Positions 1 through 10,204 of a stretch of DNA of 64,000 nucleotides are shown piece after piece; positions within the stretch are counted from its first letter, which is position 1, and the number at the start of each line of letters is the position of its first letter. Source of the DNA: Oscillospiraceae bacterium. GTDB lineage: Bacteria; Bacillota; Clostridia; Oscillospirales; Oscillospiraceae. The stretch lies in contig CACWYC010000001.1 of NCBI GenBank assembly GCA_902765025.1, positions 71,586 to 135,585 of the forward strand, read 5' to 3'. The position numbers and the translations under genes were made by a program. Under the pieces are notes generated by a model that made no database searches, was not told the DNA's origin, and saw only the letters and a list, made by a program, of their open reading frames with translations.

Positions 1-57
1 TGGAGGAGATCCGGGAGGACTGACGAAAAATGATCCGGGAAAGGGGGCGCTGATACG

Positions 58-2463
58 GTGAGTCAAGTGGCAAAAATCGCCGTGGAAGCGGCCCCTTACG
101 CCGTGGACAAGCCCTTTTCCTACCTGGTGGGCGACACCGCCGCCAAGGTGGGCAGCCGGGTACTGGTGCCCTTCGGACGGGGCAACCGCACCAGCGAGGG
201 CGTGGTGCTGTCCATCACCGACGAGGCAACCGAGGGGCAGCTGAAAACCATCCGCACGGTACTGGACGAGGAGCCGCTGCTGGGGGAGAAGGAGATACGG
301 CTGGCGCTGTGGATGCACCAGCGGTATTTCTGCACCGTGTATGAGGCGGTGCGCACCATCCTGCCGGCGGCGGTGTGGTACCAGCGCAAGGAGCTGTGGC
401 AGCGCTGCGGCGACGGATTGCCTGACGCCGGGGACGAGCCGCTTTTGGAGCGGCTTTCCGGGGATGCGGTGGCGCTGGACGCGCTGATAGCCGACTTCGG
501 ACCGGGGGTGACGGACGGGCTGCACCGGCTGGAAAAACAGGGCCTGGCCCGCCGGGACGTGCAGTCCCAGCGGAAAATCAGCGACAGGCAGCAGACCATG
601 GCGGCCCTGCGTGTCAACGCGGAGGAGGCCATGGAGCAGGCCCGGCGCAAAGGAAAAAGCGGGCAGAAGATGGCGGACGCCATCGCCTTTTTATCCCGCA
701 ACGGGGCCACGCTGGTCCATGACCTGTGCTACTTTGCCGGGGTGTCCCGACAGACGGTGAACAGCCTGGTGAAGCACGAGCTGGTGACGCTGTGGCAGGA
801 GGAGACGTACCGCATCCGACCCCACGGCAGCGGCGGCGAGGCGGCCCCCATTGTGCTCAACGATGAGCAGCAGCAGGTGTATGACCACGTGCTGGCCCAG
901 ACCGGGAAGGCGGGGGTGACGCTGTTGCAGGGCGTCACCGGCAGCGGCAAGACGCTGGTGTATATCCGCCTGGCCCAGACGCTGCTGGCGCAGGGCAAGT
1001 CGGTGATGATTCTGGTGCCGGAAATTGCTCTGACGCCCCAGATGATGGACCGCTTTTCCGCCTATTTCGGCGACGAGGTGGCCCTTTTACACAGCGCCCT
1101 GCCCATGACGGAGCGGTACGACCAGTGGAAGCGCATCCGCCGGGGGGAGGCCCACATTGTGCTGGGCACCCGCAGCGCCGTGTTTGCGCCGCTATCTCAT
1201 ATCGGTCTCATTGTGCTGGACGAGGAGCAGGAGAGCTCCTACGAGTCGGAGAACGCCCCCAGCTACCACGCCCGGGACGTGGCCAAGTTCCGCTGCGCCC
1301 AGGAGGGGGCCCGGCTGCTGCTGGGCAGCGCCACCCCTACGGTGGAGACGGCATGGCTGGCCCGCCACGGGGAGTACCGGTGGGAACAGCTCCGGCGGCG
1401 GTATAACGACAGGCGGCTGCCCCGGGTGATTATCGCCGACATGCGGCAGGAGCTGAAGCGGGGCAACGTGGGCTGCATCAGTGAGGAATTGCGGCGGGAG
1501 CTGGCGGAAAACCTGTCCCGGGGGGAGCAGAGCATTCTCTTTCTCAACCGCCGGGGCGCCAGCCGCGAGGTGGTGTGCCCGGGCTGCGGCTACGTGCCCC
1601 AGTGCCCCCGGTGCAGCGTGTATCTCACCTACCACAGCGCCAACGGGCGGATGATGTGCCACTACTGCGGCTATTCAGAGCCGGCGGAGGCGATTTGCCC
1701 TGACTGCGGCAGCGCTATGAAGCAGGTGGGCGTAGGCACCCAGAAGGCGGCGGAGGAGCTGGCGCAGCTTTTCCCCGGCGTGGCGGTGCTGCGGATGGAC
1801 GCCGACACGGTGGGCAGCGGCCACGAGGCCATTCTGCGCCGCTTTGATGAGGAGAAAATCCCCATCCTTTTGGGCACCCAGATGGTGGCCAAGGGGCTGG
1901 ATTTTGAAAATGTAACGCTGGTGGGTGTGCTGGCGGCGGACATGGGCCTGTATGTGGACCATTACCGCGCGGCGGAGCGCACCTTCAGCCTGCTGACCCA
2001 GGTGGTGGGCCGGGCAGGCCGGGGCGAGAAGGCGGGCAGGGCGGTCATCCAGACCTTTACGCCGGAGAATGAGGTGATTCTCTCCGCGGCGGAGCAGAAT
2101 TACGACCGGTTTTATGAGGGCGAATGCCGCCTGCGGCAGATGCGCCATGAGCCGCCCTTCGCGGATTTGTTCCGGCTGACCGTCACCGGCATGGACGAGG
2201 GCCAGGTGCTGCGCGCCGCGGTGCGGCTGCGGGACAGCCTGTGCCGGGAGGTGGAAAAGCCTCTGTATGCCGGGGTGCGGGTCATCGGCCCGGCGCCCTA
2301 CCCGGTGGTGCGGGTGAACATGCGCTACCGCTACCGCATTACCGTGGCGGGAAAAAACGACAAGACGCTGCGCTCGCTGATTGCCGCCTATCTGGTGGCC
2401 TTTTCGCAGCAGAAGGAAAACCGTGAACTGCATCTTTTTGCGGATTGCAATTTGATGGATTGA
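58..2463 (+). CDS. priA: Primosomal protein N' (replication restart helicase PriA)
   Basis: Walker A GVTGSGKT, DEEQE motif, two CxxC zinc-binding pairs (CPGC...CPRC...CHYC...CPDC), helicase motif QVVGRAGR; precedes def-fmt. Confidence 0.97.
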   Translation: MSQVAKIAVEAAPYAVDKPFSYLVGDTAAKVGSRVLVPFGRGNRTSEGVVLSITDEATEGQLKTIRTVLDEEPLLGEKEIRLALWMHQRYFCTVYEAVRTILPAAVWYQRKELWQRCGDGLPDAGDEPLLERLSGDAVALDALIADFGPGVTDGLHRLEKQGLARRDVQSQRKISDRQQTMAALRVNAEEAMEQARRKGKSGQKMADAIAFLSRNGATLVHDLCYFAGVSRQTVNSLVKHELVTLWQEETYRIRPHGSGGEAAPIVLNDEQQQVYDHVLAQTGKAGVTLLQGVTGSGKTLVYIRLAQTLLAQGKSVMILVPEIALTPQMMDRFSAYFGDEVALLHSALPMTERYDQWKRIRRGEAHIVLGTRSAVFAPLSHIGLIVLDEEQESSYESENAPSYHARDVAKFRCAQEGARLLLGSATPTVETAWLARHGEYRWEQLRRRYNDRRLPRVIIADMRQELKRGNVGCISEELRRELAENLSRGEQSILFLNRRGASREVVCPGCGYVPQCPRCSVYLTYHSANGRMMCHYCGYSEPAEAICPDCGSAMKQVGVGTQKAAEELAQLFPGVAVLRMDADTVGSGHEAILRRFDEEKIPILLGTQMVAKGLDFENVTLVGVLAADMGLYVDHYRAAERTFSLLTQVVGRAGRGEKAGRAVIQTFTPENEVILSAAEQNYDRFYEGECRLRQMRHEPPFADLFRLTVTGMDEGQVLRAAVRLRDSLCREVEKPLYAGVRVIGPAPYPVVRVNMRYRYRITVAGKNDKTLRSLIAAYLVAFSQQKENRELHLFADCNLMD

Positions 2464-2472
2464 GGTGTGAAT

Positions 2473-2973
2473 ATGGCTTTACGAAAGATTGTTTTGCAGG
2501 GCGACGAGATTTTGAAGAAAAAATGCCGCCCGGTGACGGAGTTCAACGACCGGCTGCATACGCTGCTGGACGACATGACTGACACGCTCATCGACTCCGG
2601 CGGCGTGGGCCTGGCGGCCCCCCAGGTGGGGGTGCTGCGCCGGGTGTGCGTGGTGATGAACGAGGACGAGGAGATTTTGGAGCTGGTGAACCCGGAGATC
2701 ATCTACACCGAGGGGGAGCAGACCGGCCTGGAGGGCTGCCTCAGCGTGCCCGGCAAGTACGGCGAGGTGACCCGGCCCAACTTTGTGCGGGTCCGGGCCC
2801 AGGACCGGGACGGCAACTGGTTTGAGGCCGAGGACGAGGGCCTTACCGCCCGGTGTTTTTGCCATGAAATCGAGCATCTGGACGGACACCTGTTCGTGGA
2901 GCACACCGACCATTTGCTGACCGAGGAAGAGCTGGAGGAGTATATCCGCCGGCAGGAGGAAGAGGAGAACTGA
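2473..2973 (+). CDS. def: Peptide deformylase
   Basis: GVGLAAPQ, EGCLS and HEIEH motifs; ATG at 2473 after GAGG RBS. Confidence 0.97.
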   Translation: MALRKIVLQGDEILKKKCRPVTEFNDRLHTLLDDMTDTLIDSGGVGLAAPQVGVLRRVCVVMNEDEEILELVNPEIIYTEGEQTGLEGCLSVPGKYGEVTRPNFVRVRAQDRDGNWFEAEDEGLTARCFCHEIEHLDGHLFVEHTDHLLTEEELEEYIRRQEEEEN

Positions 2974-3887
2974 TGCGTATTCTGTTTATGGGCACGCCGG
3001 ACTTCGCCGTGGCCTCCCTGCGGGCGCTGGTGGAGGCGGGGCATGAGATCTGCGGCGTGTTCACCCAGCCGGACAAGCCCAAAAACCGGGGACACAAAAT
3101 GACACCGCCACCTGTAAAGGAATATGCCTTGACACAGAACTTGCCCGTGTATCAGCCCTTGAAGATGAAGGACGGCACGGCGCTGGCCATCGTGCAGGAG
3201 CTTAAGCCGGAGCTGATTGTGGTGGCGGCCTACGGCCGGATTCTGCCGGAGGATATTTTGCAGGCGGCTCCCTACGGCGCCATCAACGTACACTCCTCCA
3301 TTCTGCCCCGATACCGGGGCGCGGCCCCCATCAACTGGGCTATTTTGAACGGCGAGACCGTCACCGGCGACACCATTATGTATATGGCAAAAGAATTGGA
3401 TGCCGGCGACATCATCCGCTGCGCCGAGACCGCCATCGACCCCGATGAGGACGCCCAGGAGCTGACGGCGCGGCTGGCGGAGCTGGGGGCCAAAACGCTG
3501 GTGGACGTGGTGGCGGATATGAGCCGGGGCACCGTGGAACGGACGCCCCAGGACCACAGCCGCAGCACCTACGCCCCCATGCTGGACAAGACCCTGTCGC
3601 CCATGGACTTCACCCGCAGCGCCCAGGCCCTCCACAACCAGGTGCGGGGGCTGATTCCGTGGCCCTGCGCCACCATGGAGCTGCAGGGCAAGACGGTGAA
3701 GGTGTTCCGCACCCAGGTGGGGGAGGAGACCGCCGCCGCGCCCGGCACCGTTGTGGCTGCCGATAAGCGGGGTATCGCCGTGGCCTGCGGCGACGGGCGG
3801 GTGCTGCGTATTACGGAGCTGCAGCCCGAGGGCGGCAAGCGGATGGCTGCCGCCGCCTACCTGGCGGGCCACCCCATTGCCCTATGA
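2973..3887 (+). CDS. fmt: Methionyl-tRNA formyltransferase
   Basis: MGTPDFA N-terminus, NVHSSILPRYRGAAPI motif; coupled to def. Confidence 0.97.
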   Translation: MRILFMGTPDFAVASLRALVEAGHEICGVFTQPDKPKNRGHKMTPPPVKEYALTQNLPVYQPLKMKDGTALAIVQELKPELIVVAAYGRILPEDILQAAPYGAINVHSSILPRYRGAAPINWAILNGETVTGDTIMYMAKELDAGDIIRCAETAIDPDEDAQELTARLAELGAKTLVDVVADMSRGTVERTPQDHSRSTYAPMLDKTLSPMDFTRSAQALHNQVRGLIPWPCATMELQGKTVKVFRTQVGEETAAAPGTVVAADKRGIAVACGDGRVLRITELQPEGGKRMAAAAYLAGHPIAL

Positions 3888-5227
3888 GGCGGCCGGAAAA
3901 GCCCGGCGCCCGGGATACGGCGCTGGAGGTGCTGCTGCAAATCGACCGGGCCAACGCCTGGTCCGACGGCAGCCTGAAGCGCACCATCGCCAAAAACGCT
4001 CTGGACAGCCGGGACGCCGCCCTGGCCACGCGCCTTGCCTACGGCGTCATCCAGAACCGGCTGATGCTGGACTACTACATTGGCGTGTGGTGCTCCCAGC
4101 GGCCCGGCCATCTGGAGCCGCTGATTCTCAATATTCTCCGCATGGGCGGGTATCAGATTTTATTTATGGACAAGATCCCCCACCACGCCGCCGTCAGCGA
4201 GGCGGTGGACATGACACGGCGGTGGGGACGGCCCAAGGCCGCGGGCATGGTGAACGCCGTGCTGCGGAAATTCGTCACCAACTGGCTGGACATGCCGCCC
4301 TTGCCACAGGACGACGAGGCCGCGTACCTGTCTATTCGGTACAGCCATCCCAAGTGGCTGGTGGAGCAGCTGTTGGTGCTGCTGGGCCGGGAGGAGGCGG
4401 AGGCGTTCCTTCGGTTGGACAATGAGATTGTGCCCACCACCATCCAGACCAACACCCTGTGCACCACCCCCGAGGCGCTGCAAAAGGAGCTGCACGCCGC
4501 CTCCGTGGCGGCGGAGCCCCACCCCTGGCTGCCGGGCTGCTTCACCATCAGCGGCACCGGCGATTTGGAGAGGCTGGACGCCTTTCAAAAGGGCCACTTC
4601 ATGGTGCAGGACGCCGCAGCCAAGCTGGTGGCGGCGGTGGCATCGCCGGAGAGTACTGACCGAGTGCTGGACATGTGCGCCGCGCCGGGGGGCAAGTCCT
4701 TTGCGCTGGCCATGGCCATGGGGGATAAGGGCGACATTTTAAGCTGCGACATCCACCCCCATAAATTGAAATTGATGGAGAGCGGCGCCGCCCGGTTAGG
4801 CATCCATTCCATGCGCACGGCCCTGGCCGACGGCCGGGAGAACCACGCCGCCTGGGTGGGCATGGCGGACATCGTGGTGGCGGACGTGCCTTGCTCGGGC
4901 CTGGGCATCATCCGCAAGAAGCCGGATATCCGCTATAAGGACCCCAGGGAGCTGGACAAGCTGCCGGCGGTGCAGCGGGCCATTCTGGACAACGGCGCCA
5001 CCTACGTGCGGCCCGGCGGTGTGCTGGTGTACTCCACCTGCACGGTGCTGCCCCAGGAGAACGACGACGTGGTGGACGCATTTTTGGCCGCCCATCCCGA
5101 CTTTTGCCGGGAGCCGTTTACCCTGCCCCAGCCTCTGGGACAGTGCGACGGCAGCATTACCCTGTGGCCCCAGCGCCACGGCACCGACGGCTTTTACATC
5201 TGCCGCCTGCGGAAACGGGCGGAGTAA
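3884..5227 (+). CDS. rsmB: 16S rRNA m5C967 methyltransferase (Sun/RsmB) with NusB-like N-terminal domain
   Basis: DMCAAPGGKS, DVPCSGLG and YSTCT motifs; standard position after fmt. Confidence 0.95.
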   Translation: MRRPEKPGARDTALEVLLQIDRANAWSDGSLKRTIAKNALDSRDAALATRLAYGVIQNRLMLDYYIGVWCSQRPGHLEPLILNILRMGGYQILFMDKIPHHAAVSEAVDMTRRWGRPKAAGMVNAVLRKFVTNWLDMPPLPQDDEAAYLSIRYSHPKWLVEQLLVLLGREEAEAFLRLDNEIVPTTIQTNTLCTTPEALQKELHAASVAAEPHPWLPGCFTISGTGDLERLDAFQKGHFMVQDAAAKLVAAVASPESTDRVLDMCAAPGGKSFALAMAMGDKGDILSCDIHPHKLKLMESGAARLGIHSMRTALADGRENHAAWVGMADIVVADVPCSGLGIIRKKPDIRYKDPRELDKLPAVQRAILDNGATYVRPGGVLVYSTCTVLPQENDDVVDAFLAAHPDFCREPFTLPQPLGQCDGSITLWPQRHGTDGFYICRLRKRAE

Positions 5228-5236
5228 GAGGAACCT

Positions 5237-6268
5237 ATGATTGACATTAAATCCCTCACAATGGAAGAAATCACCGACCTGCTGCACGGATGGGGGGAGC
5301 CCGCCTTCCGGGGCAGGCAGGTGTTTACCTGGCTCCACAGGGGCGTTACGTCCTTTGACGACATGAGCAACCTGTCCAAGCCGCTGCGGCAGAAGCTGGC
5401 GGAGGCGTGCTATATCACCGCCCCCACCGTGGCCCGGCGGCAGGAGAGCGCCCTGGACGGCACCATCAAATACCTGTGGCGGCTGGGGGACGGCAACTGC
5501 ATTGAAACGGTGCTGATGCAGTATCACCACGGCAACACCGTGTGCATTTCCAGCCAGGTGGGCTGCCGCATGGGCTGTGCCTTTTGCGCCAGCACCATCG
5601 CCGGCAAGGTGCGGGATCTGACGCCCTCGGAGATGCTGGATCAGGTGCTGTTCACCCAGCTGGACAGCGGACGGGACATCTCCAACATTGTGCTGATGGG
5701 CATCGGCGAGCCCATGGACAACCGGGAAAACGTGCTGCGGTTTCTGGAGCTGGTGAACCACCCGGAGGGCATGAACATCGGCATGCGCCACATCAGCCTG
5801 TCCACCTGCGGCGTGGTGCCCGGCATCGACGCCCTGGCGGATTTGAACTTGCAGCTGACGCTGTCGGTGTCGCTCCACGCGCCGGACAGCGAGACCCGCA
5901 GCCGTATCATGCCGGTGAACAGGGCATACGATGTGGAGGAGCTGTTTGCCGCCTGCCACCGGTATTTCCAAAAGACCGGGCGGCGCATCAGCTTTGAATA
6001 TGCCATGATCGACGGCGTCAACGACAACGACTGGCAGGCGGACCTGATTGCCAAGCGCATCAAGGGTATGCCGGGCCATGTGAATCTCATTCCGCTCAAC
6101 GACGTGGTGGAGAGCCCGTTTAAGCCCAGCCGCCGGGTGGCGGCGTTCCAGAAACGGTTGGAGTCCCACGGCATCACCGCCACGGTGCGGCGCAGCCTGG
6201 GCGGAGACATTGACGCCAGCTGCGGCCAACTACGCCGCAAGGCGATGGAGGAGGAAGGCAAGCTATGA
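5237..6268 (+). CDS. rlmN: 23S rRNA m2A2503 radical SAM methyltransferase
   Basis: CxxxCxxC (CRMGCAFC), MGIGEP, C-terminal DIDASCGQL. Confidence 0.96.
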   Translation: MIDIKSLTMEEITDLLHGWGEPAFRGRQVFTWLHRGVTSFDDMSNLSKPLRQKLAEACYITAPTVARRQESALDGTIKYLWRLGDGNCIETVLMQYHHGNTVCISSQVGCRMGCAFCASTIAGKVRDLTPSEMLDQVLFTQLDSGRDISNIVLMGIGEPMDNRENVLRFLELVNHPEGMNIGMRHISLSTCGVVPGIDALADLNLQLTLSVSLHAPDSETRSRIMPVNRAYDVEELFAACHRYFQKTGRRISFEYAMIDGVNDNDWQADLIAKRIKGMPGHVNLIPLNDVVESPFKPSRRVAAFQKRLESHGITATVRRSLGGDIDASCGQLRRKAMEEEGKL

Positions 6269-6993
6269 AAGCCTGGGGCATCACGGATACGGGTCTGGTG
6301 CGGGAGGAAAATCAGGATTCCTTTGCCATCGGCTGTGACGGCGGCTGGCAGTGGGCCGTGGTATGCGACGGCATGGGCGGCACCAGCGGCGGCCACGTGG
6401 CCAGCATGACAGCGGTATCCGCCTTTGTGGGCCAGCTCCATGAGCTGCTGCACGAGGGTATGGGCGTGAAGGAGACGCGCCACGCCATGTTCCGGGGCGT
6501 CACCATGGCCAATTTGGCCATTCGCCAGGCGGCCATTGTGGATCCGGCTCTGGAGAAGATGGGCACCACGCTGGTGGGCGTCGTGTGCGGCGAGGACAAG
6601 GTGCTTTGCTGCAACGTGGGCGACAGCCGGGCCTATCACATCACCCCCGGCGGCATCCGCCAGATTACCCGGGACCACAGCGTGGTGCAGAATATGGTGG
6701 ACAGCGGCCAGATTACGGCGGCGGAGGCCAAGCACCATCCCAGCCGCAACCTGATTACCCGGGCTCTGGGGCCCGACGCCAAGGTGCGCGCCGACATTTT
6801 TGAGGAACCGTGGCAGAAGGGTGAATATATCCTGCTGTGCACCGACGGACTGGTGAACACCGTGTCGGAGCAGGAGATGCTCTTTGAGGTCATTCACAGC
6901 GAGGACGTGGAGGGCTGTTTGGAACGGCTGCTGCAAATCGCCAAGGATAACGGCGCCCCGGACAACGTCACCGTGGTGCTGCTGCAAAACTGA
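6265..6993 (+). CDS. PP2C-type Ser/Thr protein phosphatase (Stp1/PrpC family)
   Basis: DGMGG, NVGDSRAY, LLCTDGL and DNVT motifs; directly upstream of the kinase. Confidence 0.93.
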   Translation: MKAWGITDTGLVREENQDSFAIGCDGGWQWAVVCDGMGGTSGGHVASMTAVSAFVGQLHELLHEGMGVKETRHAMFRGVTMANLAIRQAAIVDPALEKMGTTLVGVVCGEDKVLCCNVGDSRAYHITPGGIRQITRDHSVVQNMVDSGQITAAEAKHHPSRNLITRALGPDAKVRADIFEEPWQKGEYILLCTDGLVNTVSEQEMLFEVIHSEDVEGCLERLLQIAKDNGAPDNVTVVLLQN

Positions 6994-7012
6994 GGAAAGG
7001 AGAGGATAGGCA

Positions 7013-8932
7013 ATGGAATCCTATATCGGGAAGCTGCTGGATAACCGGTATCAGCTTTTGGAGCTGATCGGCACCGGCGGCATGTCCAATGTATATAAGG
7101 GAAAGGATTTGCGGCTGAACCGTCTGGTGGCGGTGAAGACACTGAAAAGCGACCTGGCGGAAAACGCCGAGTTCCGCCGCCGGTTCCGGGACGAGTCCCT
7201 GGCGGTGGCCCAGCTCAGCCATGCCAATATCGTCTCCGTGTACGACGTGTCCTCCTTTGAGGGCATTGAATACATTGTGATGGAGCTGATTGACGGCATC
7301 ACGCTGAAGCAGTATATGGAGCGCCGGGGCCAGATGGACTGGCGGGAGGCACTGCACTTCATTTTGCAGATTGCCCACGGCCTTTCCCACGCCCACAGCC
7401 GGGGCATTATCCACCGGGACATCAAGCCCCAGAATATTATGGTGCTGCGGGACGGCAGCGTAAAGGTGGCCGACTTCGGCATCGCCTGCCTGGCCGACGC
7501 CAGCAACACCCTGGCCCAGGAGGCTCTGGGCAGCGTTCACTACATCTCACCCGAGCAGGCCCGGGGCGACCGGGTGGACGAGCGCAGCGACATTTACAGC
7601 GCCGGCGTGGTGCTCTATGAGATGCTGACGGGGCGGCTGCCCTTTGAGGGCGACAACCCGGTGAGCGTGGCCATTCAGCACCTGTCCAGCATGCCCCTGA
7701 ATCCCCGGGAGATCAACGCCTCCATCCCTGAGCCCATGGAGCTGATTTGCCTGAAAGCCATGAACCCGGACCTGGACAAGCGATATCCCACCGCCGACGC
7801 CATGGCGGAGGATTTGGAAAAAATCCGGAAGGACCCCCAGGTGGACCTGGACTACATCCGCTCGGAGATGAAGCCGGTGGTGGACGACGAGCCCACCATG
7901 CCGGTGCCGGTGGCCCAGATCAAACAGTCCGAGCAGAAGCAGCACACCGAGGTTGGCAAAAAAAAGCAGGGCGTGACGGCACAGCAGAAGACCGTGCTCA
8001 CTGTGGTGGGCATCGCCGCGGCGGTGGCGCTGATTGTGCTGCTGTTCACCACGATTCTGGGCAGCTTCGGCGAGGGAGGGGAGAACCATTCCGGCTCCTA
8101 CGAGGTGCCCAATATCCTGGGCTACACCGTGGAGGAAGCCCAGAGCCTGGAACGGATTCAGGACGTGTTTACCATCACCGTCACCGGCACACGGGAGGAT
8201 GCTAACTATCTGCCGGGGCAGATTATTGCCCAGGATCCCGGCGCCGGCACCATGCGAAAAAGCAACCTGGAAATCAGGGTGGTGCTGTGCGCGGAGGTGC
8301 AGCGGACGCTGCTGCCCAACCTGGAGGGCTTGTCCTATCAGAACGCCAAAATCCAGCTCCAGAACCTGGGGCTGAACCTGAACATCCTGTCGGAGGAGTA
8401 TGCCTCCAATGACTATCCCATGGGCGACGTGATTGCCTCATTCCCCGCCGCGGGAACGGAGCTCCACGAGGGCGACACCGTGACGCTGGCCGTCAGCAAG
8501 GGGCCGGATACGATTATGGTGATACCCTTTGTGGGCATGACGTTGCAGCAGGCCACCCAGACCGCCCAGCAGATGGGTCTGGTGGTGGGACGGCCGGTGT
8601 ACCAGTACAGCGGCTACGCCTCTGGCCAGGTCATTGACCAGAGCATCCCCGCCGATACGGAGGTCAGCGGCGGCACGGAGATTGTGTTCACCGTCAGCGG
8701 CGATTACAGCACCCATACGGTGCTCTACCAGGTGCCGGAGACGCTGGCCGGCAAGGCGTCGGTGCGGGCGGAGTTCTACCTGGACGGCGAGCTGGTGGAG
8801 ACCACGTTCCTGGAGAGCCCCAACCCGGAGGATCCCATAGGCTACGACTACACCGGTCTTGTGGACACCACGGCGAAGGCCTACGCCTCCTTTGACGGCA
8901 TCCGCACGGAAGAAGTGGAGATCACCTTTTGA
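7013..8932 (+). CDS. pknB: PASTA-domain Ser/Thr kinase (PknB/PrkC family)
   Basis: HRDIKPQN, DFGIA, YISPEQ kinase motifs, one TM helix, then PASTA-like repeats (VPNILG, LPNLEG, VIPFVG). Confidence 0.93.
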   Translation: MESYIGKLLDNRYQLLELIGTGGMSNVYKGKDLRLNRLVAVKTLKSDLAENAEFRRRFRDESLAVAQLSHANIVSVYDVSSFEGIEYIVMELIDGITLKQYMERRGQMDWREALHFILQIAHGLSHAHSRGIIHRDIKPQNIMVLRDGSVKVADFGIACLADASNTLAQEALGSVHYISPEQARGDRVDERSDIYSAGVVLYEMLTGRLPFEGDNPVSVAIQHLSSMPLNPREINASIPEPMELICLKAMNPDLDKRYPTADAMAEDLEKIRKDPQVDLDYIRSEMKPVVDDEPTMPVPVAQIKQSEQKQHTEVGKKKQGVTAQQKTVLTVVGIAAAVALIVLLFTTILGSFGEGGENHSGSYEVPNILGYTVEEAQSLERIQDVFTITVTGTREDANYLPGQIIAQDPGAGTMRKSNLEIRVVLCAEVQRTLLPNLEGLSYQNAKIQLQNLGLNLNILSEEYASNDYPMGDVIASFPAAGTELHEGDTVTLAVSKGPDTIMVIPFVGMTLQQATQTAQQMGLVVGRPVYQYSGYASGQVIDQSIPADTEVSGGTEIVFTVSGDYSTHTVLYQVPETLAGKASVRAEFYLDGELVETTFLESPNPEDPIGYDYTGLVDTTAKAYASFDGIRTEEVEITF

Positions 8933-9810
8933 GCAGCGGTAGAATTGAGAAAGCCCTCAGCGGCTTCTATTACGTGAATACCGGCGAGACGGTGCTGCGG
9001 TGCCGGGCCCGGGGCAAGTTCCGCCGGGAGGGCACGAGCCCCCTGGTGGGCGACCGGGTGGAGGTGCAGGAGTTAGGCGGCGGCGAGGGCGTGGTGGAGG
9101 CGATTTTGCCCCGCACCAACGTGTTTACCCGGCCGGCTGCCGCCAACATTGACCAGTTGGTGATGATTGCCTCCGGCGCTGTCCCGGTGACGGACCCCTA
9201 CCTCATCGACCGCATCAGCGCCATCGCCGCGCTGAAGGGCGCCCGGGTGCTGCTGGTGCTGAATAAGACGGATTTGGACAGGGCGGATGACCTCTATGCC
9301 GTCTATTCCCGCTCCGCCATTCCGGTGGTGCGCGTCAGCGCCGCCACGGGAGAGGGGCTGGACGGGCTGCGCGCCGCCATCCGGGGCAAGTTGAATGTGT
9401 TTACCGGCAACTCCGGCGTGGGCAAGTCCAGCATCTTAAACGCCCTGTGCCCCGATTTCGCCCTGCCCACCGGCGAGGTGAGTAAGGCCCTGGGCCGGGG
9501 CCGCCACACCACACGACACACGGAGCTGTTCCCCCTGGGGGACGACACCTGGGTCATCGACACGCCGGGTTTCTCCTCCTTTGACGCCCAGGAGGTGGAT
9601 TGGGAGCTGAAATGCCATTTGCCGGAGACGTTCCCGGAGTTTGCACCCTACCTGGACGGCTGCCGCTTTGTGGGCTGCCAGCACGTGAAGGAGAAGGGCT
9701 GCGCCGTGTTGCAGGCGGTGCGGGACGGGGCCATCCCCCGGCAGCGCCACGAAAGCTATGTGCGGCTGTGGAACGAATTGAAGGATTTGAAGGACTGGCA
9801 GCAGAAATAA
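8929..9810 (+). CDS. rsgA: Ribosome small-subunit-dependent GTPase A
   Basis: NKTD, GNSGVGKSS, GRHTT, DTPGF and C-terminal zinc motif CRFVGCQHVKEKGC. Confidence 0.96.
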   Translation: MSSGRIEKALSGFYYVNTGETVLRCRARGKFRREGTSPLVGDRVEVQELGGGEGVVEAILPRTNVFTRPAAANIDQLVMIASGAVPVTDPYLIDRISAIAALKGARVLLVLNKTDLDRADDLYAVYSRSAIPVVRVSAATGEGLDGLRAAIRGKLNVFTGNSGVGKSSILNALCPDFALPTGEVSKALGRGRHTTRHTELFPLGDDTWVIDTPGFSSFDAQEVDWELKCHLPETFPEFAPYLDGCRFVGCQHVKEKGCAVLQAVRDGAIPRQRHESYVRLWNELKDLKDWQQK

Positions 9811-9816
9811 TGGGAG

Positions 9817-9841
9817 AAAGGCGGGGGCGACCCCGCCTTTT
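9817..9841 (+). terminator. Intrinsic terminator after rsgA
   Basis: AAAGGCGGGG-GCGA-CCCCGCCTTTT hairpin plus T tract. Confidence 0.75.
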
Positions 9842-9909
9842 CTGTGGCCGCAGACCTTCACCCCGGGGCGCTTCTCCACATAGGATGGAGTGGAAAGGGG
9901 GGCTGGGCC

Positions 9910-10068
9910 ATGTGGCGACGAGGCGGAAACTGCTGCATCGCGGTGATGGCGGTGGCGCTGGGGGCGGGTATACTCATCGCCTGTATTTTCCCGGTGGGCT
10001 TTTTGACGGTGCTGGTCGCCCTTTTGCTGATTGCCTGCGGCATCGCCTTATTACGGGACAGGAGGTAG
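9910..10068 (+). CDS. Small hydrophobic membrane protein (~52 aa, two predicted TM segments), unknown function
   Basis: ATG at 9910 after a G-rich RBS; mostly hydrophobic; its end carries the RBS of the next ORF. Confidence 0.55.
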   Translation: MWRRGGNCCIAVMAVALGAGILIACIFPVGFLTVLVALLLIACGIALLRDRR

Positions 10069-10073
10069 CGAAA

Positions 10074-10148
10074 ATGCGTATCGTAGTCTGGAAAGCGCCC
10101 CGGCTGTTGCGGGGTGTGCTGCGCACCATCTTCGGCGTGGGCGCATAA
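10074..10148 (+). CDS. spoVM: SpoVM-like amphipathic peptide MRIVVWKAPRLLRGVLRTIFGVGA (24 aa)
   Basis: GGAGGT RBS; size, conserved K-x-P and amphipathic L/I pattern match SpoVM; spoVM lies downstream of prpC-prkC-rsgA in Bacillus. Not in the ORF track. Confidence 0.75.
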   Translation: MRIVVWKAPRLLRGVLRTIFGVGA

Positions 10149-10204
10149 TTGGGAGCGCCGGCTCATATCTTGGCAGTACCATTACGGAATGAGAGGATAC
10201 TGCT